A stretch of DNA of 64,000 bases from Tubulanus polymorphus (Eukaryota > Animalia > Nemertea): contig NC_134032.1 of NCBI RefSeq assembly GCF_964204645.1, positions 14,868,275-14,932,274 on the forward strand. Reading direction: 5' to 3'. Under the pieces are notes generated by a model that was not told where the DNA came from, did not search any database, and was given only the letters and a program-made list of their open reading frames with translations. Within the stretch, counting starts at the first letter, position 1. Every line of letters begins with the position of its first letter. Position numbers and translations under genes: made by a program. Positions 1-12,286 of this stretch are shown here, piece after piece.

Positions 1-19
1 CAGCATTCTCGAAAAACAC

Positions 20-1300
20 ATGACATCGCAACATCCCGACGAGACTCAGACAAAACAGGAGCACTCCGAGATGGAGCAGACCGAGTTGGAGCATATCGAA
101 AATGAGCACGTTGAAATGGAGCAAACCGAATTAGAGACCGACGAATCATCAACAATGAAAACAGTTTCGGAGCGGATAGAATCAACTGTTTCCGATGGCA
201 ACGTGTCCGAACTTACAAACACGCGCGCAACAATGAAACCGACGGTTACCGCGGTGACCGCAACTAAGTCGAATCGACGTAAAATATCGAAATGTCAAAT
301 TTGCGATGAAGAATTCGCGGAATCGAAACAATTGTCGAATCATTTACGAATCGAGCACAAAGACGAATCGTCGCGTTACGAGTGCGAATTCTGCGATCGA
401 CGATTCACGAGAATCGATCATTTCAAGTTGCACGTAATGAATCACACGGGATTCCGACCGTTCATCTGCGAGTTTTGCGCGAAGGGTTTCAAAACGCGAG
501 CCGAACTGAAGAAACACATGTTGAAACACGAAACGTCGGGTGGACCGTTACAATGCGAGTATTGCGAGAAAACGCTGTGGCGCCGCGAGAACATGGATCT
601 ACACATGAGAACGCACACCGGCGATAAACTATTCAAGTGCGGCGTGTGCGATAAACTGTGGACGACTCGTCACGCGTTGAAACAACACGAACTGACGCAC
701 ACCGATCATAAACCGTTCGTCTGCGAACACTGCGGTAAAACCTGCTCGAATAAAGGTAATCTCGGTAAACATATCGCGTCGATGCATCCGCCCGAACTGT
801 TCATAGAGGGCGTTACTAGCGAATCGTCGAGCGGCGATTGTTCGTTCGCGTGCGACGTGTGCGGAAAGTCGTTTTCGTCGTTGGCGTTGGCGACGCGTCA
901 TATGGAACGGCACACGGCGGTTAAAAAGCACCGATGCGACGTGTGCGCGAAATCGTTCTCGTCGAAGCACACGCTCGCGACTCATATGCAGCTACACGAC
1001 GGCACGCAGCCGTTCGTGTGTGCCGTGTGCGGTAAGGGTTTCTCGAGACGGCAGCAGCTCACGGAACACGTTATGTTGCACACCGGTGAACGTCCGTTCC
1101 CGTGTTCCACGTGCGAAAAACGCTTCACAACGGCGGCGAAACTGAAGGTACACGAGCGTGTGCACACCGGCGAAAAACCGTTTAAATGCAGCGTGTGCGG
1201 TAAGGCGTTTAACCGAGCCGATAAACTCACAACTCATTATAAACAAACTCATAAATCTGGTGTTCAGAATGCTGTCGAAATGTATATAGCTTATGAATAA
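20..1300 (+). CDS. C2H2 zinc-finger protein (11 fingers); probably the last or only coding exon, and the frame is open to the window start
   Basis: 426-aa ORF with 11 C-x2-C-x12-H-x3/4-H units and TGEKPF/TGERPF-type linkers; acidic N-terminal region; AATAAA at ~1857 and ~1870. Confidence 0.93.
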   Translation: MTSQHPDETQTKQEHSEMEQTELEHIENEHVEMEQTELETDESSTMKTVSERIESTVSDGNVSELTNTRATMKPTVTAVTATKSNRRKISKCQICDEEFAESKQLSNHLRIEHKDESSRYECEFCDRRFTRIDHFKLHVMNHTGFRPFICEFCAKGFKTRAELKKHMLKHETSGGPLQCEYCEKTLWRRENMDLHMRTHTGDKLFKCGVCDKLWTTRHALKQHELTHTDHKPFVCEHCGKTCSNKGNLGKHIASMHPPELFIEGVTSESSSGDCSFACDVCGKSFSSLALATRHMERHTAVKKHRCDVCAKSFSSKHTLATHMQLHDGTQPFVCAVCGKGFSRRQQLTEHVMLHTGERPFPCSTCEKRFTTAAKLKVHERVHTGEKPFKCSVCGKAFNRADKLTTHYKQTHKSGVQNAVEMYIAYE

Positions 1301-1334
1301 CAGCCTCAAATATTCATATCCGGTACTAGTAACT

Positions 1335-1757
1335 GGTTCTACAGTTCTGGATCCAGTTCTGCTGGTTCCACAGTTCTGAGCCCAGTTCTGCTGTTCTAGT
1401 TCCAGTTCCACAGTTCTGGATCCAGTTCCACAGTTCTGGATCCAGTTCCACAGTTCTGAATCCAGGTTCACAGTTCTGGATCCAGTTCCACAGTTCTGGA
1501 TATAGTTCCATAGTTCCGGATCCAGTTCCACAGTTCTGAATCCAGTTCCACAGTTCTGGATCCAGTTTTTACAGTTCTGAATCCAGGTTCACAGTTCTGG
1601 ATCCAGTTCCACAGTTCTGGATCCAGTTCCACAGTTCTGCACTCAGTTCTACAGTACTGGACTCAGTTCTACAGTGCACGATCCACATCCTCAGTTCTGG
1701 TCTCGGCTTCACTGTTGTGGACTCAGTTCCACAGTTCTGGATCCAGCCCCACAGTTT
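1335..1757. repeat. 20-bp minisatellite (GGATCCAGTTCCACAGTTCT)n in the zinc-finger gene 3' UTR
   Basis: About 20 direct copies, degenerating at the 3' end. Confidence 0.9.
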
Positions 1758-3534
1758 AAGGCCCCTGTACGCAGCTCGAAATGTGTAATTGAAAATGAAC
1801 TTATTCTTACTGTTGAAAACTTGAACTGAATTTCACTGAATTTAAATTTGTAAACTAATAAAATGAATCAATAAAACATCAATGTATTTTTGACTTTAAT
1901 TACTGGTTAATCTATTAATTTAATTTGCTGTAAATTTACTCAGTTTTGATTGGTTAGTCTGTTGAAATACCTTGTATTTGAGGCAATCAAATTGACCCTT
2001 ACATCTCTGATTCAATCTAATTACTGATTAATTCATTCTGATTCAACGAAGATTAATGATATGTTGATTACATGTATGATTAAATGATTTTCAGAATTTA
2101 ATAAAATTGAGACATATTGAAATAGAAAAACGAAATTAATCATCATTAGACTAATTTCAAGTCTAGTAGCTGCTACCGCCGCTGCTGCTGCTGCTGCTGC
2201 TTCCTGTGATTGCTTAGATCGGTTTACCCATACAAGGATAATGATTTGCCCCAATTCCACACAGTGGAACTCATGGATCCAGTTCCACACTCGTCAGTTT
2301 TAACACCCCGTCCCCAGAAGGCCGATTGGTACGAGCTGGACGCTGATCTCAAGTGCCGAGGGTTCTGGAATACCGTCGAGCTTTTAATTTTGGTATCAAG
2401 TTGATTTTGATTTGATTTGAACACTTTATTTTTCGAATATAATTTACAGCATAGTGTACAAAGCATAATACAAAATACAGTAAATTAGACCTGGAGGGGC
2501 CTGTAGAAACTAAGGAATAGTTTGTATAAAACAGGTCCCTCAAAAGAGAAAAGAAAAAAAGAGAAATGCAATAAAGTAAATAATATGCTCACAGTCAACC
2601 CTTAACACACAAAATGCAATCAAAGTAAACTATGATAACAGCTTGATTAAGATATAATCATTTAATAAGCCAGTTATTTTCTGAAATATTCCAAAAACAA
2701 TAATTTTAGTTCGAATAACTGTATGATAAAATCAAGCACAAAGTTGCTTTCTTTAATTTCTTAGGAACAGTTTAGAATTTTCTGAAAGTTCTGAGGTGAT
2801 TTTGATTTTGAATGGTCTTATCATATTAGGATGAACATCTGAAGCGTGGTCGTTTTCTATGTGGAGGATTACAAATTTAGAGATATAGGAAAATTTTTTT
2901 GAATCATTAATTTTATTCATTTTTCGCTTGTTATCATCCAACATTATTGAACGGATTACGGTAATTAAAAACCGAAAGATGATGAATATGGAACGCTTAA
3001 TGTCCGACAGCTTCGGAGTTCATCTAACTCCATCATCTGATGGTTGAGTTTAGATAAACCCCGAAAATATCAGCTGGTGGTTTTAGGGTAGCCTAAGACG
3101 GATAGGGCAGGGGTGGCCGGAGCTTATTTATTTCAGTCCGTCCATAGGAAATCTCACTGGTCCTAGTCGTAAAGATATTCGGTTTTATGCCGTCGCGAAT
3201 AGATTTTCGCTATAAGCTATGAACGAAGCCATAAACGCATCTTATCAAGGACGGACGTGGATAAAACTAAAATGATCAAATAAAGTTGTTTTGGTCGAAA
3301 AATGTGCGGAACTATTGGTAAAATATTGGTCCGGCCAATAACGCCCCAAACGGCCGGTTCCGCATGGAGGGGTGGAGTAGGAATTGATGGAGTAGGGAAG
3401 GGTAAGGTCTATCAGTATGGGATAAGGTTATCTGGTGTAGTTGGAGAGAGTCCGTACGCCGAAGGTTCAATACACTGCGGTTAATCAGCTCTAGTACTGA
3501 AAATGACCATTCGTCCTATTTACTCGTGTTCTAG

Positions 3535-3660
3535 TCAGTAACCTGTTTGTGGTTTAGTTTCACGATCGGATATTTTCACAAACCACAATTTAAATAATTG
3601 GTATAAGCCCATTTGATTATAAAAAGCTTACCACCAACGATTAGGTAACTAACTACTCGT
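3535..3660. repeat. Dispersed repeat, second copy at ~22942-23060
   Basis: Shared AGTCAGTAACCTGTYTGTGGTTTAGTTTCACGATCGGATA...GATTAGGTAACTAACTA. Confidence 0.75.
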
Positions 3661-4407
3661 GTTCCGATGCTTGTCTTGTGAAATAAAGTTCTGTTCCAGC
3701 ATATAAGCGTCAGATAAGAAACACGTCTTGTCTCTCTCCTTTCTCTCCTCACATCATCTTGAACTATCACCTTATCGCACAGTGTGCACAGCCCAGGGGT
3801 GGATCAAGGGATCACTGTCGAGGGTTGTTGCGCAACTTAAAGGGCATTTTGAAAAATAGGGCATTCTGAAATTTTCGAAATCTGCCTTTTGCTGCAATTT
3901 CTAAGCGATTCAAGTCCTGACGCATAGTGCTTTCTAGCAAACTAACTGCATTGAGATGTGTAGTCTCCAGGTAATAAAGACAAAATCTTGAAGAATGTGC
4001 TTTTTGTTTGCTTTCTTTAAAATAATGGATTAAATGTGCCCTTATCTACTTAGGGCATAGAAAAAAAATGAAATCCGGCGTCGAACCCCCATCCAGGTGG
4101 CATCGAGACTCGCCACGGTACGAAAAGCTGCTGCCCCAAAACGGGTGTCGAGGGGGTCACCGGAATAAGAACCTTTAAAGAGCCGACCTCGACAGCCGTC
4201 ATGAACTATCGCTAATTTTAGTGATATTTCGATCCGATAGATGGCGAACTAGTCGACGAGTGATGCGTGTCCGTTCTTGTTTCAGTCTCAGTTGAGTTAA
4301 TGTGAACACTGACTCCGAATGGCGACTGTCAATGATTGTCATGACCAGTGTCCAGCAAGAAGAGATAGATTTTCCTTAGCCAGTGCCCAGTACGTCAAAC
4401 ACCAGAG

Positions 4408-4601
4408 GTCAGTTCCAAACGTGCCCTTAAATCTTAAGACTGGTCTTAAGTTGTTAGATTGGCTATAGAATCCAGTTGGTCTTAGACTGGTCATATAAGT
4501 CTTAGACAAAGACCAAGTCAGTTCTATAGAAAATCTAACAACTTAAGATCGGTCTTAAAATTTAAAACAACGGACTTAAGTCACGAAAGTACAACTGGCC
4601 C
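4408..4601. mobile_element. Harbinger-like MITE, degenerate copy (TTAAGACCAGTCT family)
   Basis: Internal sequence matches the copies at 14537, 22083, 59618 and 63814; ends AACTGGCCC-CAG. Confidence 0.65.
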
Positions 4602-5102
4602 CAGTGACCAATTGCCCAAACATTGATTAAACAACGGATTAGTGGCAATTGAAATATCATAGTTACTATGTTAATATTGTCGACCCGTTAATTCTAAAAC
4701 AATGTTTGAACAACTGGCTCCAAAACGACAAAAATATATATCGAACAAAACGACTGTTATTGTTGTATTCAAATTCTGTAGTCAAGTAAATATGATTCTT
4801 TTTCATAGTCTTTGTTTATACAATATACAAATGAATATAGAAATGTATATAGAAAATGTCAGAATTCAATCTTTACTTTCGTTTATATTAGAGTTCCTGA
4901 ATTTCATTACATTTACGAAATCTGTATTCTGTAGGTTTCCTGGCATCTACTCTACACAGCAGCCACTGCAACGTTGAGTTCCTGACCTCTACGACAAAGA
5001 AGCCATCTTCTAGAGTGTCTGATATCTGTGACAAAGTCGTCATCTTCTAGCGAGTTTCTGTGGCAATTCAGTCATCTTCTTTAGCGTTCCTGACATCTGA
5101 GT

Positions 5103-8100
5103 TCAGTCCACTGTTCCAAAATCGTCTATATCATAAAGAAAAGATAAGAAATAAATTCGAGCGTTAAGTTCATAAGGCTCAACTCCAGAACAGGTAAAAG
5201 TAGTTCTGCGGGTTGGTTCCAACATTTTCACTGAGAAAAGTATTAATACGCGCAGATCTATAGAAAGAGGCACATGAAGTAATTTTCAGAAGTCGACAAT
5301 CGGCAATCGACAATCAGAAACCTGATAGTCGACCATTTCTCGGGTCGGCAATCGGCAATCAGAAACTTGATAGTCGACCATAAGCGCATAAATCCAGGGA
5401 AAGATTGCTTTATTGCTGATAGTTTAGGCCAGGGTCCACACGAGCTGTTAAGAGTTAACTCATTGAACATGAAAAAAACGTCAACTCATGAGTTAACTAA
5501 CTATAACTCACAACTGTGGAAGTGTGCAGCATTCGCCTCACATATAAACCCAACTTAATTTTGTCCTATGATAAAATCTTTAGCAAGATCGGGTCCCACC
5601 CAGCGTAGGCATGCCAGGATATTGAAGGGATTCCCCAAAAACATTATAGGGAATCCCTATATCACTTTCTTACAACGTTTACATGTACCTCACTTTCTCT
5701 TTATGTACTACATTATTTTTGTGTCGTGCCCTACGCATCTTGAACCACTAACCTAAGTGTGGTCTTATGCCATCTGCGACAACATAGGTATCTTCTGGAG
5801 GGTTCCTGGCACCTGCGACAACGATGTAATCATCTTCTGTAGAGTTCCTGACATCTGCGACAACGTAGGTATCTTCTGGAAGGTTCGTGACATCTGGAAC
5901 AATGTAGGTATCTTCTGGAGTGTTCCTGACACCTGTGACAACGACGTAGTCATCTTCTGAAGGGTTCGTGACGTCTGGGAAAATGTAGGTATCTTCTGGA
6001 GTGTTCCTGACACCTGTGACAACGACATAGTCATCTTCTGTAGAGGTCCTAACATCTGGGACAAGGACATCTACAATATCTACATCATCGTAGATTTCGT
6101 CCTGTCTAGTGTAGATCCTATCATCAGCTAAAGTAGGTATTGGCTAAAAATAAATCCGTGAACAATTAACAAAGTATTCGCGAATACAGAATTGAAAACA
6201 ATGAGAACGTATTTATTTTTACAAACCTGAAGTGCGACAACGTAGGTATCTTCAGGAGGGCTTCGGACACCTGCGACAATGTAGGTATCTTCAGGAGGGT
6301 TCTTGATATCTGCAACAGCGACGTAGTCATCTTCTGTAGTGTTCCGGACACCTGCGACTATGTAGGTGTCTTCAGGAGGGTTCTTGATATCTGCAACAGT
6401 GACGTAGTCATCTTCTGTAGTGTTCCGGACACCTGCGACTATGTAGGTATCTTCTGGAGTGTTCCTGACACATGCAACAACGTAGGTATCTTCTGTAGGG
6501 TTCCGGACACCTGCGACAACGTAGGTATCTTCTGGAGGGCTCTGGACACCTGCGACAATGTAGGTATCTTCTGGAGGGTTCCTGATATCTGGAAAAATGT
6601 CGGTATCTTCAGGAGGGTTCTTGATATCTGCGACAACGTAGGTATCTTCTGGAGGGTTCCTGACACCTGGGACAACGACATAGTCACCTTCTGTAGAGGT
6701 CCTAACATCTGGGACAAGGACATCTACAATATCTACATCATCGTATATTTCGTCCTGTGTAGTGTAGATCCTATCATCAGCTAAAGTAGGTATTGGCTGA
6801 AAATAAATCGGTAAACAATAAACAAAATATTCGCGAATACAGAATTGAAAACAATGAGAATGTATTTATTTTTACAAACCTGAAGTGCGACAATGTAGGT
6901 ATCTTCAGGAGGGTTCTTGATATCTGCAACAGTGACGTAGTCATCTTCTGTAGTGTTCCGGACACCTGCGACTATGTAGGTATCTTCTGGAGTGTTCCTG
7001 ACACCTGCGACAACGTAGGTATCTTCTGGAGGGCTCTGGACACCTGCGACAATGTAGGTATCTTCTGGAGGGCTCCTGACACCTGCGACAACGACGTAGT
7101 CATCTTCTGTAGGGTTCAGGACACCTGCGACAACGTAGGTATCTTCTGTAGGGTTCCGGACACCTGCGACAACGTAGGTATCTTCTGGAGGGCTCTGGAC
7201 ACCTGCGACAATGTAGGTATCTTCTGGAGGGTTGCTGACATCTGGGCCAACGTAGTCATCTTCTGGAGGGTTCCGGACACCTGCGACAATGTAGGTATCT
7301 TCTGGAGGGTTCCTGACACCTGCTACAACGTAGGTATCTTCTGGAGGGTTCATGACATCTGGGCCAACGTACTCATCTTCTGGAGGGTTTCTGACATCTG
7401 CGACAAGGTTTTCATCTACGTCATCATCTGTAGAGTTCCATACATCTACGTCATCATCTGTAGAGTTCCATGCATCTACGTCATCATCTGTAGCGTTCCT
7501 TACATCAACGTCATCATCTGTAACGTTCCTGACACCTGCGACAACGACATCCACAATATCTACATCATCGTAGATTTCACCGTCATCTATGTCTTCGTAG
7601 ATACCGTCCTGTGTTGTGTAGATCCTGTCACCAACTCCAGAAGGCGGCGGCTAAAAATAAATCGGTTAAACAATTTACAAAATATTCACAAATAAGAAAA
7701 TTGAAAACAATGTATTTATATTTACAAACCTGATAGCACATTGCCCCTGGATCGGTCGTGTTGTTACCTATAAAAAATAATAGACTAGACATGAGATAAA
7801 ATATTACGTGTATTTATTCTAATTCAAAGAACTCCCTGTCTCTAAAATCAACAGTCAAAGTTTATTCTGGAGGACTCAGTTCCATTGTTATCGAATCTAA
7901 TTTGACTCAAATACCACAAACACCCCCCTTTCACTATAGCTTGTTTAAAGTAAAACAAACCAGTATTTTTGTTTCTCACGTTCCTCCGCTGTCTGCTCAA
8001 CACTGCAATGGCTATAACAGCCACTATTACTATTATCAGAAAACCGATCCCGAAAACAACTGTCAAATAACTACTTGTATCTGTATCTGTATCTGAAATA

Positions 8101-11100
8101 CAGGGTATGAAACCAATCTATATCAAACTGTTTAAAATAATAGTCTTTAGTTTATATATTTTATGTTCAACCATTTATCATTAAGCTACCTCTAACTTGT
8201 ATGACCCGCCATAGAAGTTTAAACCCAGCACCGCTTCCTGAGTTGTCTGATGTGAACTGTATTGTAATATTTCCAGCGTGGAATCCTTTACCAGGAGCAG
8301 TCGACCCGCAATACTGATAACTCCCTGATGAAGAAATAAATCTGATAAAACTTTATGAATCATAAAAATCATTCATGTTGTGAAGAGTGTTTAGATTTTT
8401 ACCGGCTCCACTCTGTATCGTCAACGCATCAGCGCAACCACCGTTACTTCTGGGTTGTATATCAAAATACGAGGAAAATGATATTTCAACAATCTGCAAA
8501 AAACATATGAATTTTAGAATTTAGTTTTAATTCAAAAAGTGAACAAACGTCTTCAGAATGCAGGGCCCGTTTATATAGATCAGATTTAACTTTAACCCGG
8601 AGTTATCAGTTTAGAACTAAACCCCAGAGCCCGGTTTCCCGAATGGGGATTTAATTTTAATTCGAATTAGGTGATAATTTGATTTAAAAATGTTTAATTC
8701 GAATTAGTTAATTGGATGATTAAATCTGTTTCACAATCGTGAATTAGCGAAAGATTAACTAACTAATTATTTCTATAACGTAGTTTCATTCATAAAATTC
8801 CTCTGTCGTTAAATAAGATGTTTTGGTTGTATGGTGAAATTGGTTTGCTCGTTTTCAGGTTAAAGTTAAAACTGAATTTAGCCCCCGCTGAGATCCTACT
8901 AGTGCAGAAAACCTGATAACATCATTTTTTCATGGACTTTATATTTACCGTGTTTTCATGAGTTTTAATCGCCCAGCTACAATTCAGTCTGCGGTAATAG
9001 TAGCTCGGATAGCGAGGACTCGTGATGAAACCTGATCTACCATTCTGTATTATAGGTGTTTTACTACATGAATCAACTACAAATAAATATTGAATTGAAT
9101 TGTTTTATATGTGATTTACTGATTCCATGATAAACTTCTCATTATGAGCTACCTTTCACAAATCGCCACAACAGTTTAAACCCTTTGTAGTTGCTATTAG
9201 AGTCGTCTGATGTAAACTCGATATGTACATCTCCGGAATAGTAACGTGTAGGTGGCGCTGTATTGCCACAATATACATTTGCTGTAAAGATAAACACACA
9301 AATCAATGATATATTTTTTAGCAGGATTTGAAAACAAAAATCTATCAGTAGCAGCCACACCGCAATATTCAAATACTCCCTGATGAAAAAGTAAATCTGA
9401 TAAAACTTTATCTATCATATAAATCATTCACGTTGTGAAGAGTGTTTAGATTTTTACCGTTACCACTTTTTATCGTCAACGCATCCCAGCAATCAACGAT
9501 ACCTTTGGATTCTATATCAAAAGACGAGTTAAATGATAATTCAACAATCTGCAAAAATATAAGAATTTAGATTATAATTTAGATTATATTTATTAATTGT
9601 AATTCAAAAAGCAAACAATCGTATTGTTTACAGAGTGTAGGACCCGTATATATATAGATCAGTTTTGTTCAAAACTAAACCCCAGATTAAAGTTAAAACG
9701 GATTTTAGTGCCCGTTGGGCTCCTGCTAGTGCAGAAACCTGATAACATCATTTTTCTCATAGACCAAATATTTACCGTGTTCTCAGGAGCTACAATCAAC
9801 CATCTACAGTCCAGATGGTCACCATAGTTGTTCGGGTAGTTAGGGCTGGCTATGACGCCTGGTCTACCATTCTGTATTATAGGTGTTTTACTACATGAAT
9901 CAACTACAAATAAATACCAGATTTATTGTTTTATATGTAATTTACTGATTCCATGATCAACTTCTCATTATGAGCTACCTTTCCAACTACGCCACAACAG
10001 TTTAAACCCTTTGTAGCCACCGCCATAGTCGTCTGATGTAAACTCGATATGTACATCTCCGGAATAGTAACGTGTAGGTGGCGCTGTATTGCCACAATAT
10101 ACATCACCATTATTTACTGTAAATATAAACACACAAATCAATGATATATTTTCTAGCAGGATTTGAAACCACAAATCTATCAGAAGCAGCCACACCGCAA
10201 TATCCAATACTCCTTGATGAAAAAATAAATCTGATAAAACTTTATCTATCATATAAATCATTCACGTTGTGAAGAGTGTTTAGATTTTTACCGTTACCAC
10301 TTTTTATCATCAACGCGTCATAGCACCGACCGCTACTACTTCTGGGTTGTATATCAAAAGACGAGTCAAATGATATTTCAACAATCTGCAAAAATATAAG
10401 AATTTCGATTATAATTTAGATTATAATTATTAATCATAATTCAAAAAGTGAACAATCGTATTGTTTACAGAGTGTAGGACCCGTTTATATAGATAAGTTT
10501 TAACTTTAACCCGGAGTTGCCAGTTCAAAAATAAACCCCAGATTAAAGTTAAAACGGATTTTAGAGCCCGTTGAGCTCCTACTAGTGCAGAAACCTGATA
10601 ACATCATTTTTCTCATAGACCAAATATTTACCGTGTTTTCATCAAGAGTTACAATCAACCAGCTACGGCACAGGGAGTTGTGATAGTTGTCCGGGTAGTT
10701 AGGACTAATTATGACGCCTGATCCCAGTAATCTATCTGTCCACCAGCAAGTCGACTCTACCAAAACTGTTCAGAAAAATACCTGTATCTATGATTTTAAT
10801 AGAGGCCGTGAATAAAGTACGTATATGCACGTAGGGGGAGGGGGTTTCAGAAATCCGTACAGGGAGGGGAGGTGTAAGCTCAAAGCGTTCATACTTCTCC
10901 AAGGGGGGGGGGGGGGTTAATGTTTATAGAACGTACTTTGTGCACGAAACACAATGTGATTTTACAAATATCCCCTTTATTTGTTGGGATTTCTTGGGAA
11001 TTCCCCATTCTCGGTCTTTCACTTCGTCAATGCGGACATTGTCATCAAAGCTCTGATGAATGCTGGTGAATTTTTCCCTCTTTAAACCATGAATCCTGAA

Positions 11101-12286
11101 AAATCCCCTTTCACATGGAGGGGGTCAATCATGAGAGTATGTACGCAAGGGGGGGGAGTTATAAACAAAAAACGTACAAAGAGCGTACATGGGCCGGGTG
11201 ATGGGGGAGGGGGTTAAAATACTGGAAGTCAAGCGCACATACTTTGTGCACGGCAGTTTTAAGACTCGTAGTATAGACCCAGTGGCTAACTCAATAGATA
11301 ATGAATTTAGTTAGCCTTCGGGTCAAGTTGATACCAGTCTATAAAAGCGGACTAGTCATCAGTCACCACACCACACTGATCACCAGGTCACCATAGCTGA
11401 CTGGTCACCAGTCATCACACCTTCACCACAGCAAAATGGTCACGACACTGACCAGACAAACTTACAAAAGCTATCAATCAGTTGTGAGTTAGAGTAAACC
11501 CTAGAGTTGAAATGAGTTCATTTTCACTGAGTTAACTCTGAGTCAAGTCTGAACTTACAACTGTGGAACTGAGTCTAGTATATTAGTAGTGGTTAGTGTG
11601 AACGACTGCCACGCGAGTTCAGTAAACTTGTCATATTTTTCAGTCATTTTCATTTCTACTATCAAATAAAAGTATAAAACCTAAATGAATACAGATTCAG
11701 ATTATATTTCTTACAATAATACTTAAGGTAGGCCTACGTAAATTATACTATTACAAACTAGATCTCTTTATAGAAATTTTCAAAAACTACGATAATATGA
11801 TATAATATATGTATGTTACTTGCTAAAAGTCACAGAATAATGTCATTTTTATGCACGCAGTTTGGACGGTAAAATTCATTGATTATCCAAGCTGAATATT
11901 TTTAAAGACACCACGGAGATTTGAAATATTTGAAAACTACTTCAGTTTTTCAACATAAGAAAATTGAAGTATTTTATCGTAAGCCCTACAATATGGACTC
12001 AAACAGGGTTTCACGACACGACAGATTTGGGGGGACTTTTGCCTAGGGGGGAGGGTTGAGCGGCCTTTTACCTGTTACCGTTCCTTCACCCCAGAGTGTT
12101 ACCGGGCTACGTAAGGCACCTGCGTCACTGATCTCAATAATTTTCCTCTCAAATTCATCTACATCAACAATCAATACAATTTAATCAGTATTAAGTGATA
12201 TTGATATTATTTATTCGCTTACCTTGAGAATTCTCGACGAATAAAATTACAGCGACCACAAACAAACTCTTCATCATCAACTCCAT
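5103..12286 (-). CDS. Type I membrane protein: signal peptide, 3 CUB domains, TM helix, ~600-aa tyrosine-repeat cytoplasmic tail
   Basis: Phase-consistent exons 12286-12223 (MELMMKSLFVVAVILFVENSQ), 10765-10632, 10385-10292, 10116-9979, 9903-9776, 9548-9458, 9281-9153, 9076-8949, 8493-8403, 8324-8190, 8092-7961 (TM VVFGIGFLIIVIVAVIAIAVL followed by SRQRR), 7767-7730, 7650-6880, 6796-6227, 6143-5753, 5125-5103 (stop). CUB hallmarks occur three times: G.I.SPNYP..Y, C.W.I, YCG, FTSD, GFKL.W. The last exon is less certain. Confidence 0.85.
5753..7650 (-). repeat. Coding 39/42-bp tandem repeat (VAGVRNPPEDTY) inside a triplicated exon+intron cassette
   Basis: Repeat units are directly visible; introns 7729-7651, 6879-6797 and 6226-6144 are homologous to each other. 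Confidence 0.9.

Noticed and set aside
6793-7695. 300-aa Cys-rich plus-strand ORF
   Set aside because: Antisense shadow of the receptor's repeat exons; the splice signals support the minus strand
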